A stretch of DNA of 61,904 nt, counting the filler, from Aduncisulcus paluster (Eukaryota), in NCBI GenBank assembly GCA_024181965.1. It is 5 parts of 5 records of this genome, joined end to end, with 100 filler letters (N's around TTAATTAATTAA, not from the genome) between each part and the next. Parts side by side here need not be neighbours in the genome. Positions count along the whole stretch, not along the records: positions 1 to 18,300 come from BQXS01012741.1; positions 18,401 to 35,116 come from BQXS01012742.1; 3 more parts are not named here. One strand, 5' to 3'. The notes under the pieces are model-generated. The model was not told the DNA's origin. It did not search any database and saw only the letters and a list, made by a program, of their open reading frames with translations. Both the position numbers and the translations under genes were made by a program. Numbering within the stretch: position 1 is the first letter of the stretch; the number at the start of each line of letters is the position of its first letter. This document shows positions 12,663 to 24,200 of this stretch, one piece after another.

Positions 12663-14822
12663 ATGATAATTCTCAAATTCAGCTTTACAGTGGTCATTAG
12701 TCTTTTTTGTCTTTTACTTCTCATCATTTCCGTCTCATGTCAACAGATAGAAATTTTTCATACAAATAACATTCATTCTCATTTTGACTCAAGCAAAAAT
12801 GATGGTGCTTCGTGTTATTTAAATGATCGATCTACATTTGAAGGGTGTTTTGGTGGTTTTCACCGCTTATCTGCTCTTATGCAAGAGGAGATGGATGGGA
12901 CTTCTGATTATATGTATTTTGATTCTGGAGACCTTTTTATGGGATCAGGATACGATGTTTTGGCCCAATATAACGGTAGAAAAAGTGGTGTATTTGAAGT
13001 GTTAACTTTACTTGGTAAGAATACAATTCCTCTTACAGCTTCAATTCCCGGTGATAACGAGTTTTCTCTCTTTTCAAACAACGACAATATAGATAATTTA
13101 TATTCATTAAATAGCTATTTCACTGAAATGCAGGATTCTTCTGTTCTTACCAATGTTCAACTGGATCAGAATCTTGTTTCTATTATTCCTCCTTCTTCTA
13201 AAATTCACACAACAGAAAGTGGAATCAAGGCATGTATTTATGGTATTATTCCCGAATCTATGTCTCAAATATCTGTTTTCCCTCAAACAATCTCAATTAG
13301 TGATCCGATGACTTCCTTACAAAATGCATATGATAGTCTTTCAGATGAACAGTGTGATATTCACATTGTCTTGTCTCATTGTGGTCTTAATTATGACCTT
13401 GCATTGGCACAAGAGTTGACTTGGGTGGGCCTTATCGTATCAGGTCATGATGGCGTCCTTCTCACGTCTGACGATGTCTATGACAACATTCCTGGGCATT
13501 ATCACATTGCTGGAACATATCCAATGTATATTAATGGCACTTCAATTGTGTCTAATTATCGTAACGGAGTTTATTTTAGTCATATCGTTTTTGATGTGAG
13601 AGAAGGCGGAACAAAAGATATCAGTGAAATTACAGTTGTCGAGGAGCTTTCTAGTTCTGATTTTATTGATATAAACTCCCCTATTGATCCCGATATGGAC
13701 GAACTAATTCGAGTCTTAAGATCTATCTCTGGGAACCGGATTAACGCTTTCTCGTCAATTTCAAAAGGATGTTTTGGTATTTCACAGATGCTCACAAACG
13801 TATATTGCCACACTCAGGCATGCAGTGCTGGACAACTCATAGTTGGCATGATGAATTACTATCAAAAATATGTGTGGACAGCAAGTGGAAATAAGTCCTC
13901 AAACGAAGCCAATCATGTTGTATCTCTGCTTCCAACGTCGTTTTCCTCACTCGCTATGGGTATTCCGAATGTTGTTAATGCTCTTGATCTTGAAATGTTA
14001 GCCCAGCTGTCTCCCCTTGTCGAAGAAATATATGTCATTCAGATTCTTGGTCGTGATTTTTACACTATAATGCACCGTGCTCTCCGCTATTCTATTCCCT
14101 CAGAAAAAGATTGGAGAGAATATTATAATGAGTATTTCAATTCTGTTATCCCTGGATCTTTCTTACAAGTGTTTGGGCTCGACACTGAATATAAACACCA
14201 TTCATTTAACGACACTCCATCCATCAATACAATTCTCAAAACCTATGGCTCTGGTACGCTCTCTTCTGATGCTTCCTTGGTGTCATTCTCTTCTTATTTC
14301 ATGGATGCTGTTACGCATAAAGGGACATCATTCCTCAATAATGAGGAAATCATCGAAGTTGTGCTGCCAAAATCACTTCTCAATGGTTTCCACTCTCACG
14401 ATGAAATGATTCAAACTATAAATATTATCAGTGTTGAGAACACGGGTGTGAGTATTCTTCAAATGTTTGAGGAACAATTCCTTGATAAAAACAACGTTAT
14501 AAACTGTGACATTACCAATGGAGATGACGAAGAAGGTTTTGCTAATTATTATTATGAAACCGGTAAAAATGACGGTAAAGTTCTAAGTTCTGTCTTGGAT
14601 GATCCGGTGGACAAGCCCCGTTGTACGTTTGACATGAATATCCTCTCATTTCACGGTCTTGAGAATAACGATGTCGTAGGGCTGGTTTTCATCTCGATAA
14701 GCATTGGAATTGTGATTGTTTTAGGTCTCTGTGTGTGTATCTGTGGTAAGAAGACTGTTCTGTTAGGTCTGTCAGGTGAGGAGAAAGGTCTTCTCGAAGA
14801 AAATGCACCATTGGAGTCATAG
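12663..14822 (+). CDS. 5'-nucleotidase/apyrase-family (calcineurin-like phosphoesterase) type I membrane protein with degenerate active site
   Basis: Signal peptide; motifs HTNNIHS, CFGGFHRL, DSGDLFMGS, PGDNEF, LSHCG, SGHDG; C-terminal TM helix and short tail. First ATG is 12663 (track starts at TTG 12657). Confidence 0.85.
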   Translation: MIILKFSFTVVISLFCLLLLIISVSCQQIEIFHTNNIHSHFDSSKNDGASCYLNDRSTFEGCFGGFHRLSALMQEEMDGTSDYMYFDSGDLFMGSGYDVLAQYNGRKSGVFEVLTLLGKNTIPLTASIPGDNEFSLFSNNDNIDNLYSLNSYFTEMQDSSVLTNVQLDQNLVSIIPPSSKIHTTESGIKACIYGIIPESMSQISVFPQTISISDPMTSLQNAYDSLSDEQCDIHIVLSHCGLNYDLALAQELTWVGLIVSGHDGVLLTSDDVYDNIPGHYHIAGTYPMYINGTSIVSNYRNGVYFSHIVFDVREGGTKDISEITVVEELSSSDFIDINSPIDPDMDELIRVLRSISGNRINAFSSISKGCFGISQMLTNVYCHTQACSAGQLIVGMMNYYQKYVWTASGNKSSNEANHVVSLLPTSFSSLAMGIPNVVNALDLEMLAQLSPLVEEIYVIQILGRDFYTIMHRALRYSIPSEKDWREYYNEYFNSVIPGSFLQVFGLDTEYKHHSFNDTPSINTILKTYGSGTLSSDASLVSFSSYFMDAVTHKGTSFLNNEEIIEVVLPKSLLNGFHSHDEMIQTINIISVENTGVSILQMFEEQFLDKNNVINCDITNGDDEEGFANYYYETGKNDGKVLSSVLDDPVDKPRCTFDMNILSFHGLENNDVVGLVFISISIGIVIVLGLCVCICGKKTVLLGLSGEEKGLLEENAPLES

Positions 14823-15615
14823 TTATTATTGTCATAGGACTAGGATATGAAACATTCTATACTGTACTGTACTGTACGCTTTAAACAATAGATATAGTAC
14901 AAGAAATATTCATTATATCTCTTTTTTATTCATTCTTTCTTTGCTTTATCTTCTTTCTTTTGAACACCTTTCAAGTATCAACCTCTATAATGAACTCCAA
15001 CTATTCGATTATCTTCTGAGATCTGCCTTATTAAGTGCTGTATTGTAAGATATAGTTGAGTTGAGTATAGTATAGTATAATATAGTACTAGATGTGTATA
15101 GGGTTTAATACTCACCTTTCGTTTGTCTCTTTGCTCATCTGCTTGTGGGTTGGTCTTGGATGTTTCTTTCTTTTTCTCTTTCTTAATGTTTTTGAGTGAT
15201 ATATTCTTTCTTCTTCAGGTTATGTGTGTTTATTTCATTGAATTTAAGTCAATAGTTTATGAAAGTATCAACTTGAAATCGATTCAATGGAGCGAAGAAG
15301 AGGGGAAAAATTGGGGGAAAAGTACTGTTGCGAAACGATTAGATTTATATGATTATAGCAGGATGTTACTGCTTTTTAAGAATCACACAATGCGGTAAAA
15401 ATAAGAAGAATAGGAATGAAAAGTGATAAAATCGTTTTTTGAAATCCTTCAAAAACATCATGTAACGATCTAAAAATATAAGATCTAAAATAATAAAAAA
15501 AAATGATACAATTTCTAAAAATAGAATATTTAAATTTTAGAAATTAAAAAAAAAAAAACCTCAAAGGTGTTAAAACTTGGCTCTAAAAATAGAACTTAGA
15601 CGATTGATGATAGCG

Positions 15616-15656
15616 AACTCAAGCACATAAACTCAAGCACATAAACTCAAACATAA
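15616..15656. repeat. 14-bp tandem repeat (AACTCAAGCACATA) x~3
   Basis: Two perfect copies and one deleted copy read directly. Confidence 0.8.
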
Positions 15657-15764
15657 GCGAATTGATTATTAAAACTTAATGATATAGCATAATCATGAAA
15701 CTCGGACAGACAAGAGAATAATGGCAATAATCCTAATCCATGGATAATCTTGATCCATGGACTC

Positions 15765-16544
15765 TCACATTCCCTTCCTTTCGTTGAGCTCCCCAAAGAG
15801 CATTGTGTTGATATCCTTTGCATTGACCCCACGTTCACTGGCATACCGTCTGAGAAAGCCCCGAAGGAATTGCGGGACTCCGTGCTTCCTCCAGAACGAG
15901 AAACGTTTGTGGATCTGTGCGGGAGTGTCTCGACTCCACTCTATAAGACGGTCAATGGGATACGAAGGACGGATAAAGAGCAGCACAAACCATGAACAGA
16001 ACGATTCGCCCTCATTTTGGGGGTAAATACGATTGGTTCCAGGTTTGGACTCTGTCTGAGAATTGGAATTGGATAACGATGTCTCTCGGCAATGTTCTTT
16101 GAACTTGAAGCTCAGGACATTCTTGGCAACGGCTAGGAACTTTGAGGATGGAAGGGAGGAGACGGATGCATTCAGAAATGAACGGGCATCAGGACTTGGG
16201 CGTGAACAGAGCTCATGCAGGACAGATCGTTCATAGGGGCACAAAGAGAAGGTCGGAACACTTTGGGGAGGATGAAGTTGATGTTTGACATAGCTTTGAG
16301 TAGGAGGTCGATACATGGCACTGGGAGGATGCGTGGTACTGGGAGGATGCATGGCACTGGGAGGGGGTCCTGGATGGAATCGTTGAGAAGATGGGATCAA
16401 GCACATGGTTTTATCCTTGGAAAAGGGGATCATATGCTTCTTAGATGATCGGAGAGGGTTGCCAAACTGATAGCCAAGACATTTAGAAACATCGTCCGAA
16501 GGGAAAACAAATTTGAATTTTTCATCAGAACACTTGGAAGCCAT
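15765..16544 (-). CDS. Hypothetical 259-aa protein, Pro-rich 6-aa repeats, possible degenerate homeodomain near C-terminus
   Basis: ATG after an AT-rich leader; HPPSAM/HPPSTT repeats; SWFVLLFIRPSYP...TPAQIHKRFSFWRK resembles TALE helix 1-loop and helix 3. Confidence 0.6.
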   Translation of the reverse strand: MASKCSDEKFKFVFPSDDVSKCLGYQFGNPLRSSKKHMIPFSKDKTMCLIPSSQRFHPGPPPSAMHPPSTTHPPSAMYRPPTQSYVKHQLHPPQSVPTFSLCPYERSVLHELCSRPSPDARSFLNASVSSLPSSKFLAVAKNVLSFKFKEHCRETSLSNSNSQTESKPGTNRIYPQNEGESFCSWFVLLFIRPSYPIDRLIEWSRDTPAQIHKRFSFWRKHGVPQFLRGFLRRYASERGVNAKDINTMLFGELNERKGM

Positions 16545-18300
16545 ATTTAAATTAGTAAACGAATAATTAATTGTTGAAGGGCAAACCCTGAACAGTGATA
16601 ATTAATTCTAGTGGTAAGCAAACATAAAGTTATTAAATCATAAAGATTGAGGAGCCAAAATTGATTTGCTGAGGAGCCAACTGATTGCTCATAAAAATAT
16701 TCGGAGATAAAATGAAATTATCAGTGATTATTTCGATCTAATACATTTTTTAAATTGAAAAATATCGAATAGAAAAAAGTTTTGTGTCATAGAAATCTGT
16801 TTTGTCGAATCAATTCGATTCCAGCCCAAATCGGAGCTTTAGGGGAAAGCATTGGTCTACATTAACACATTTGCCGATATAATCACATATTATTTTTGTT
16901 ATAATATCAGCCAACAGTATGAAAAGGGACAAAACTGCAAAACATGATTCGAATCTTTCTCTCTAAGGTTTTGTGAATTTTCCTTCGACCAAATACACCC
17001 TTATGATAATGTTCACCCCGAATTATTGATATAAATAAATGATAGTCGCTTTATGGCGTTTTTAGGATCTCTTGGTCTCTATCCACCTTTTTGAGTGCAA
17101 TCCAATTGTAATTTTAAGTGGACTGAGGTTTAATTCTTTCATAATTATAATTGGAGATGGCTTTAGTTCGATCCAGCTTCATTTGTGCAGGAAATCGTTC
17201 AAATCCACCTATCTCCAGGATTAGACCTGATATTATTTCCATTGATGTTGCTCGTTGTAGTGACATTGATGAAACTAATGGTGCCGAATCTGATTTATTT
17301 GATAGGACTTCTTGAGTCCGGATTATGTTAAATGAGGAGGATGGTGTGAATTTCTCTCGGATTGTCGTACAATTTTCATCAATGTGTTCTGTCAAAGGTG
17401 CATATATTTGCATTCATAAGGATTTTGGTCATTGATCCCTCTGCTTTTCTTTGTACGGAGATGGTGGCAAGCAAAGAAAAGGTGTTACCGGAGACTTTGT
17501 ATAGCCTTCAAACGAGTATGAATAGCATTACTTCCATGTTGATTGTGCTGATGTTACTCGGTGTGAGCTTAGTGGAAGGGATATACATGTTGGATCCTGT
17601 CCCATCGAAGGGTTAATGTTCGTTCGAGAAGAGGTCATAGAAGAGCGTATTCTCAGAGAACAGAGTGAAAAAGACTTTGTTTGATGCAATATCCAAAGCT
17701 TCGGTATGTTGTTGTTTGTTATTATCTTTGAATCAAGATATCTGATTATCATTTGTATTATAGATTTGGATAGTGTGTATGCAAGAAACGAATCGGTGTC
17801 TGTCAAGAGATATCAGTGTGTTCAACCCACTCTATGGTTGGAAATGTATTTTTTTCTGATCGATCTGTCCAATGTTGTCTCGTGTGAAATCAGAGGAAAA
17901 GGAATATGGTCTGCTTTGGACTGTGGATGTTCAATCGTTAATGGGCTTGAGTTTAAGTCTTAGATGGAAGTTCAATTCATTGAATGAACAACAAATGTCA
18001 AAGCTCCGATTATACTTTTCAACAGATGAATACAATACTGTTCTATACTGTTCTATACTGTACTATTCTGACAAATACAAGAGGATGATATATCAACACT
18101 CAATTGTTTTTCATATTTGGAGCAGCTTGAAGGCTTGGGATTTGAAAAAAAGAATTAAAAAGAAGGTGATTTTGAAAGAAAAAGAACAAGTGAAAAATGA
18201 AAAATCTATTTTTAGAAAATCTATTTTTAGAATTTCATTTTCTATATGTCGTGTGAATTGGATGATTTGAGAGAAATCGTTGTTTATTTTCGGTATAGTG

Positions 18301-18400
18301 NNNNNNNNNNNNNNNNNNNNNNNNNNNNNNNNNNNNNNNNNNNNTTAATTAATTAANNNNNNNNNNNNNNNNNNNNNNNNNNNNNNNNNNNNNNNNNNNN
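18301..18400. other. Artificial contig linker N44-TTAATTAATTAA-N44
   Basis: Six-frame stop spacer inside N padding; identical at four places. Confidence 0.98.
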
Positions 18401-19877
18401 CTCTTCTCCTTGTTTCCTCAACCTTCCTCTTCTCAGCTTCTTTCCTTTGTCTCTCCTCCTCTGCTCTTGCCTCAGCATCTTCCCTCTGTCTTTCGGCTTC
18501 AGCAAGTCGTTGACGCTCCTCTTCCTCTCTTTGTCGGATATCTTCCTGACGACGAGCCTCAGCCCACTCGCGTTTCCTTTCTTCCTTGATCCTTCTAATT
18601 TCCTCTTTTTCGTATTCCTCTTTTTCACGCCTCTGTTGCTCCTCTTCTTCTTCCTGCCTTCTCTTCTCACGCTGCATCCTGTCGAACTCTTCACGCTCAC
18701 CACGACGTCTTCGCTCCCTCGTAAGCGCATCATCGACACTCATAGGCTCATCAGAGTCAAATACATGCTGATAATGCGACATGGAACTTGGGTAGGCTCG
18801 TCTAGCAGAAGCAGAAAAGGAGGAGAATGTAGATTGCCGCGACCCAACAGAGGGAGTGGGATGCGTCAGGGAGGACATCGAAGCGGACGCAATGGAAGAA
18901 GATGATATTGGCCGACGGTTGGGATTAAAGGATGACTTGGGAGACCGACTTGAATGCATTCGTTTGGAACTGACATCAGAGTAATCAGAAGCACGTCGAA
19001 TATTCGGTTGAGATGGAGAAGAATGAATTGAATGTGTAGATGACATTGTGGAGCCAGGAGTAACTGTGGAAGGAGGAGAAATACAGTCAATATCAGAATG
19101 TTTGCGCTTAATGGCCTCACTCATAAATCCCCGTTCTCCAACAGTTATTCCATCACCAATCTCTCCTGAAAGAGCAAGTCTTGCATACTTTTGATGAGAC
19201 CCAGTCAAATGAGAGAGAGCTTGTTGTGCAAGGGTTGAATCCTCACGGTTCAGAAGGAATAAACAACGACGACCTTCAGCCCTTGTTTTAGGAGCTTTAC
19301 CTTTAATAGCAGCAACAACAGTTTTTATAATAATATCACTGACAGACTTCTTCTTTCGAAGCGATGAATCCAGACCATCGACTCCATGAGTATCGATAAA
19401 AAGGGAGGTGTAATACACACAAGCAGTTTGAGAATCAGTTGCTATACTCCCTTGTTTTTGAACAATTCCTGAGAAATATGATAATGCAGATGATGGAGAA
19501 CAATATACAATCATGGCTTCAATACATGATTGAGCCATTTGAGTAAACACAAGTCCACTTAAAGATTGCAATTTAATAAGTTGAGGCATGATAGATGTGG
19601 CGAATTTGCTCAATTGTGTTCCGGCACGGACGCTGAGAATCTCCAGCGTATGGCAGGCGCGTTTTAAAACCGCAGATCGCCGATCTGTCATTAATTGATC
19701 GATAACAGTATCAAGATATCTTGAAACAATCGTTGAAAATGATGGAGCATGAACACTATCGCCCAATACGGCTCTTTCAAGCTCCAACAATACTTCTACA
19801 CGTTTTGTCCATAATACAGTATTAACACAGAGATTTTTGACTCTTTTACATATATCTTCAAGCTTTTCATCGGACAT
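18401..19877 (-). CDS. CLASP/Stu1-like TOG-domain microtubule-associated protein, 3' truncated by contig end
   Basis: WTKRVEVLLELER, DRRSAVLKRACHTL and KTRAEGRRCLFLL match CLASP_N HEAT repeats, followed by a Ser/Arg-rich linker and an E/R/K coiled coil. Confidence 0.78.
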
Positions 19878-20060
19878 ATTCCGAGCTTTGAAGCGATTTT
19901 ATCACAGAATGGAATATTTTGCGAAATCTTTTGAGATTGAGCTGCAATCAATAAAAGTGAGAATAATATGCATTATTTCAACAATTCTGCTAATATTTGT
20001 GGTTTTATTTTGGGAGTAATTTGCGGCACAATATAAAAAAAAATCATCCAGCTCTTTGCA

Positions 20061-20951
20061 TTAACCAAAGAGTAATAACATTCCCAATCCAATAATTATT
20101 AGAATTAAGATAAAAACAGCACATTTTTGCTTCTTATTGCGCATCATCAACTCCAATTTTCGTATGTTCTCGGTTTCAGTCTGTAATTTCTGTTCAGTAT
20201 CTCCAACTTCACCTATTATTTCTGTAAGCATTTTATCATCTTCTTTAAACTCTTCTCCAAGCTGATTTGCCATTTTTTTCACCCGAGACACACCAGGCTG
20301 CAACCTAGAAATCCTTTCATCTTGTAATTCCATAGCTGCATCATGATCACGAATTTGAGCATCAACTTCCCTCTCTTCACTCTCCTTTAATGCTGCTTCA
20401 AGACGTTTAAACCTTCCTGAAGGATTAGAAGAAGGATGTTTCAATAATTCAGCCTTTTGTTGAGCATGCCGAAGAGAATCAGATGTAGTAACCACATCAT
20501 TCTTAATAGTTGATAATTTTTTACGAACCGACGAACAAAAATTCTCCCGGGAATGAATTTCTTCTTCACTCAATCCAAATTTGACAGATTTGCTTCGATC
20601 AACAACTTCAGATAACATTTTTAGATCGGCTGCAGCACCTTCAATTAAATCTAATAACCGCTGAGAAAGAAATTCAAGCTCAGGAGTCATTTTTTTCACT
20701 GTAGGATGTAGTCTATCAAAATCACGAAATGTCTCTTCAATATGAGTCAATTGTGAAGATATCTCACTAATAGGATTAAAAAAAAGTTGTTAATTATTGT
20801 CCAATGTATTATTATATTCATTGAAGATTCACGATGCCCATTTTGGATGGATCCGAAACACCAGAATGTGATTAAGAAATAAGATTAAGAAAAAGGCATC
20901 AAAAAAAAGAGAATTAACATACTTCTGAGCCAAAAAGTATGGATCTGACAT
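20061..20951 (-). CDS. STX6: Syntaxin-6/Tlg1/SYP61-like Qc-SNARE, 2 exons
   Basis: Exon 1 20951-20923 MSDPYFLAQ (syntaxin-6 N-terminal DP[FY]); intron 20922-20767 (GTATGT..TAG, 156 nt); KFGLSEEEIHSRENF; SNARE motif QDERISRL; C-terminal TM anchor. Confidence 0.88.
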
Positions 20952-21283
20952 TATATTATGTTTGGTATATTCTTATTGTGTTCAAAAAGTGTATCGTGGA
21001 TTGAGAATATATATTTCAATAAATATTTATTTTTTCTGTGATTTCAAGTAGTCTTAGAACAAATTTAAACTATAATAATAATATTAACACAATAGAAGAG
21101 TTCCCATTTCTTTTTCATTCATTTCCTTGGCTTTGATAAGGTAAAACAAGATTTAAGAATTCTCCCTTTTTATTATATCATATTTACAATAAAAATTCAA
21201 TGAAAATCTGTGGTTTATATTGCTTTTTGAGAGACATTTCACATTTTGTCGATTTTCCTTGCATTATAACAGTTTGATGCATT

Positions 21284-24200
21284 ATGTATAAACGTTCTGT
21301 TTTTGCATTTGGGTTTTTATATCCATATCCAATACCAAAAAGTAGAGATCCGAAGATAGCTTATAAATTGGGAAGGTTTTGTCGAAAGCGAGCTCAAGCC
21401 AATGCAAGGATTTCTTTATTCGCACTTTATGATAATTATATTCAAGCCAAGAAAATTCAACTAAAATTTGAGAGAGTTCAGCTTGAAAAGAAACAACAAG
21501 AGCTACGGATCCAACAAGCAGTTTCCAAGCTTCAACATGTATTTTTTGAAAATGATACCCAAATCAAACATCGTGCATTTTATCATCTAAAACAAAATGC
21601 CGAATATCATAGATCAATCTCTCTCAGTTATCTTACAGTTCAATACAAAGCTGAGAACGGAATACTTCGCGCTTATTTGATGAAATGGATTTCCGCAAAA
21701 CACAACGCTGAGCTTCGACAAATGAGTTTAGAGAACAAATTAGCACATGTTATGACCAGATCTTTCTTATTTTTGATGTCTAGAACTCTTCGTGCCTGGG
21801 TACGCCGAGCCAAGGGAAGAAACGGCCTTAGAAAATTGATATTCATTGGAAGAAGCATAATTTTACGCCCATATATGCGGGTTATTGCTCGTGAAGCGAG
21901 AGAATTAGCTGATGAACGAAAATTATTACCCATCATGGAAGAGCGTTTATTATCACATTCCAGTCCTGCTGCCGCCACAGCTAGGGTTCTTGTCTGTCAT
22001 ATCATGGGGAAGTCACGTTTGAACGTTCGTGTATTTGAGCAGTGGCGGCGATTACTTTGGATCAGGCGTTCCCAGCGACATCAAGCTGATATCTTTTTCT
22101 CTTCTCTCCAATTCAAATTGATGAGGAATGTTATCTCCATCTGGCGATTTATGAGCGATGCTGCTGTTGTTGAGAAGACTGTGAAGAAAAGAAATGAACT
22201 CATGCTATTGACTTCTTGCTTACGAATCATGCGAGAGGGTTCTACAATTGGTCTCGTCCGCATGGGAGCAGCCAAAAAAAATTACAATTTATTCATCCAA
22301 CATAAAATTAGAAGGATATTTCATACATGGATCCATGCAGCTCGCATACGAATGAGGAAAATGTCTCTATGGCATGGAGCTCGTGACCATTACGTAGGGA
22401 ATCTATTGAGGCGTTATCTTTTGCTCTGGATAACCAAAACACGAAACCAATGCATTGATAAGAAGATGAATCAATTGGCTCGTCTTCAAATATGTTATGG
22501 TATTCGTAAGAGATATTTTTGGGCATGGAGAGGTGCTGCACAGCTGTTGAAAGCGGAGCGTAATGCAATGGTTGTCATGAATATGACACGAATGCTCCGA
22601 ATTTTGAGGAATATAATCCGAATTTGGAAGGATTCAGCTTTGGTTAAACATTCCCATCGAGCAATTGCTGAAAGCATCATTTTTTCAAGAAATTCCAGAA
22701 CAATGTCAAAGGTACTCAATATATTGTGGGAAAAAGCAAGTATTTTAGCAGAGACATCCCATGAAATAGTCCATTATCATCATGAAAACCTTCGGAAGAA
22801 ATATCTAAAATTATGGCATGATGATTGGGTTTCCGTTCAATATAATAGATTTTTAATTATCAAACATTCATTTTTGAAGATAAAGGCCGCATGTACTCTT
22901 TCCCTTCTTAAACAACGTGAGAGGACAGTTTCTGACCACATTTCCGCACGAATTATGAGGAATGCATTCTTTTCCCTTTGCTGGAAATCCAAACGAATCT
23001 CCCATGTATCTAATGTTTGTGCCCATATTAGTGACCGTATTATTGCTAAATCTGCTCTATCTCGATGGATATCAAAGTACAGGACAGTTGAGAATGTATG
23101 GAGACAATATGGAAAATCGATGAACGAGTTAATCCTCAAGAAACATGCTTGGCGTATGATTAGAATTTCTCAATCGGCCTGTATTGTTGACAGATCACAC
23201 ATGCTTCGGATATTAACACATATTATTGAACAATGGAGATACCAAGTTCGGTTGGGAGAACTTCAACAAACTCTATTCATCGCAAGTAGTGTTGCTTCTC
23301 TTAAAAGAGCTTTAATTGTTTGGCAAAGCTCTTGTTCTGCCCGCCAAGATCATCGGGATCTTTTAGAAAAACAAATAATTTCATATTCAAACACTCAATT
23401 ATGTTTCAAAGTCTTATCTCAGTGGCTCAAGCGTACAAAGACGTCATTAAATGATAAGATACAGAACTACAAGGCCCGTGTGCATTATGATCAATTCCTC
23501 TCCAAAATCGGTTTCAAGTCACTCCGAATGTATAATTCAGTGACAAAACAGATGAGAAAGTCTGCAAGGATGAATAGAATGTGTTCTAGATTCATCGCTA
23601 TGCACGAAAGTATGAGGAATCGGAGGGAAGTGAGCCATGCATTTCATTTATGGTGTAGCAAAATACGAACCGTGGTTGATCGGAGACGTGAGGAAGAATT
23701 ATGGAAAAAATCTGTTAAATTTCATGAAACTCAAACCAAAAAACATTGTTTCCTCGCATGGCGTAGATATGTTGCCGGANNNNNNNNNNNNNNNNNNNNT
23801 CAATTCCTCTCCAAAATCGGTTTCAAGTCACTCCGAATGTATAATTCAGTGACAAAACAGATGAGAAAGTCTGCAAGGATGAATAGAATGTGTTCTAGAT
23901 TCATCGCTATGCACGAAAGTATGAGGAATCGGAGGGAAGTGAGCCATGCATTTCATTTATGGTGTAGCAAAATACGAACCGTGGTTGATCGGAGACGTGA
24001 GGAAGAATTATGGAAAAAATCTGTTAAATTTCATGAAACTCAAACCAAAAAACATTGTTTCCTCGCATGGCGTAGATATGTTGCCGGATCATTCTGGAGA
24101 TCATCCCACCATGCCTTGTTACGTACTCCAAGCCTTGTTCAGAAACATACTCTCCCCATACCTTCAGTCACTCAACAAGTCACTGATAAAGTCTTTGCCA

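Noticed and set aside
17114..18270. Short ORFs at the end of contig 1 as genes or transposase fragments
   Set aside because: No recognisable motif, multiple stops, inconsistent frames.
18345..18356. TTAATTAATTAA recurring four times as a biological motif
   Set aside because: Always centred in 44+44 N; a synthetic six-frame-stop contig linker. Synteny across linkers is meaningless.
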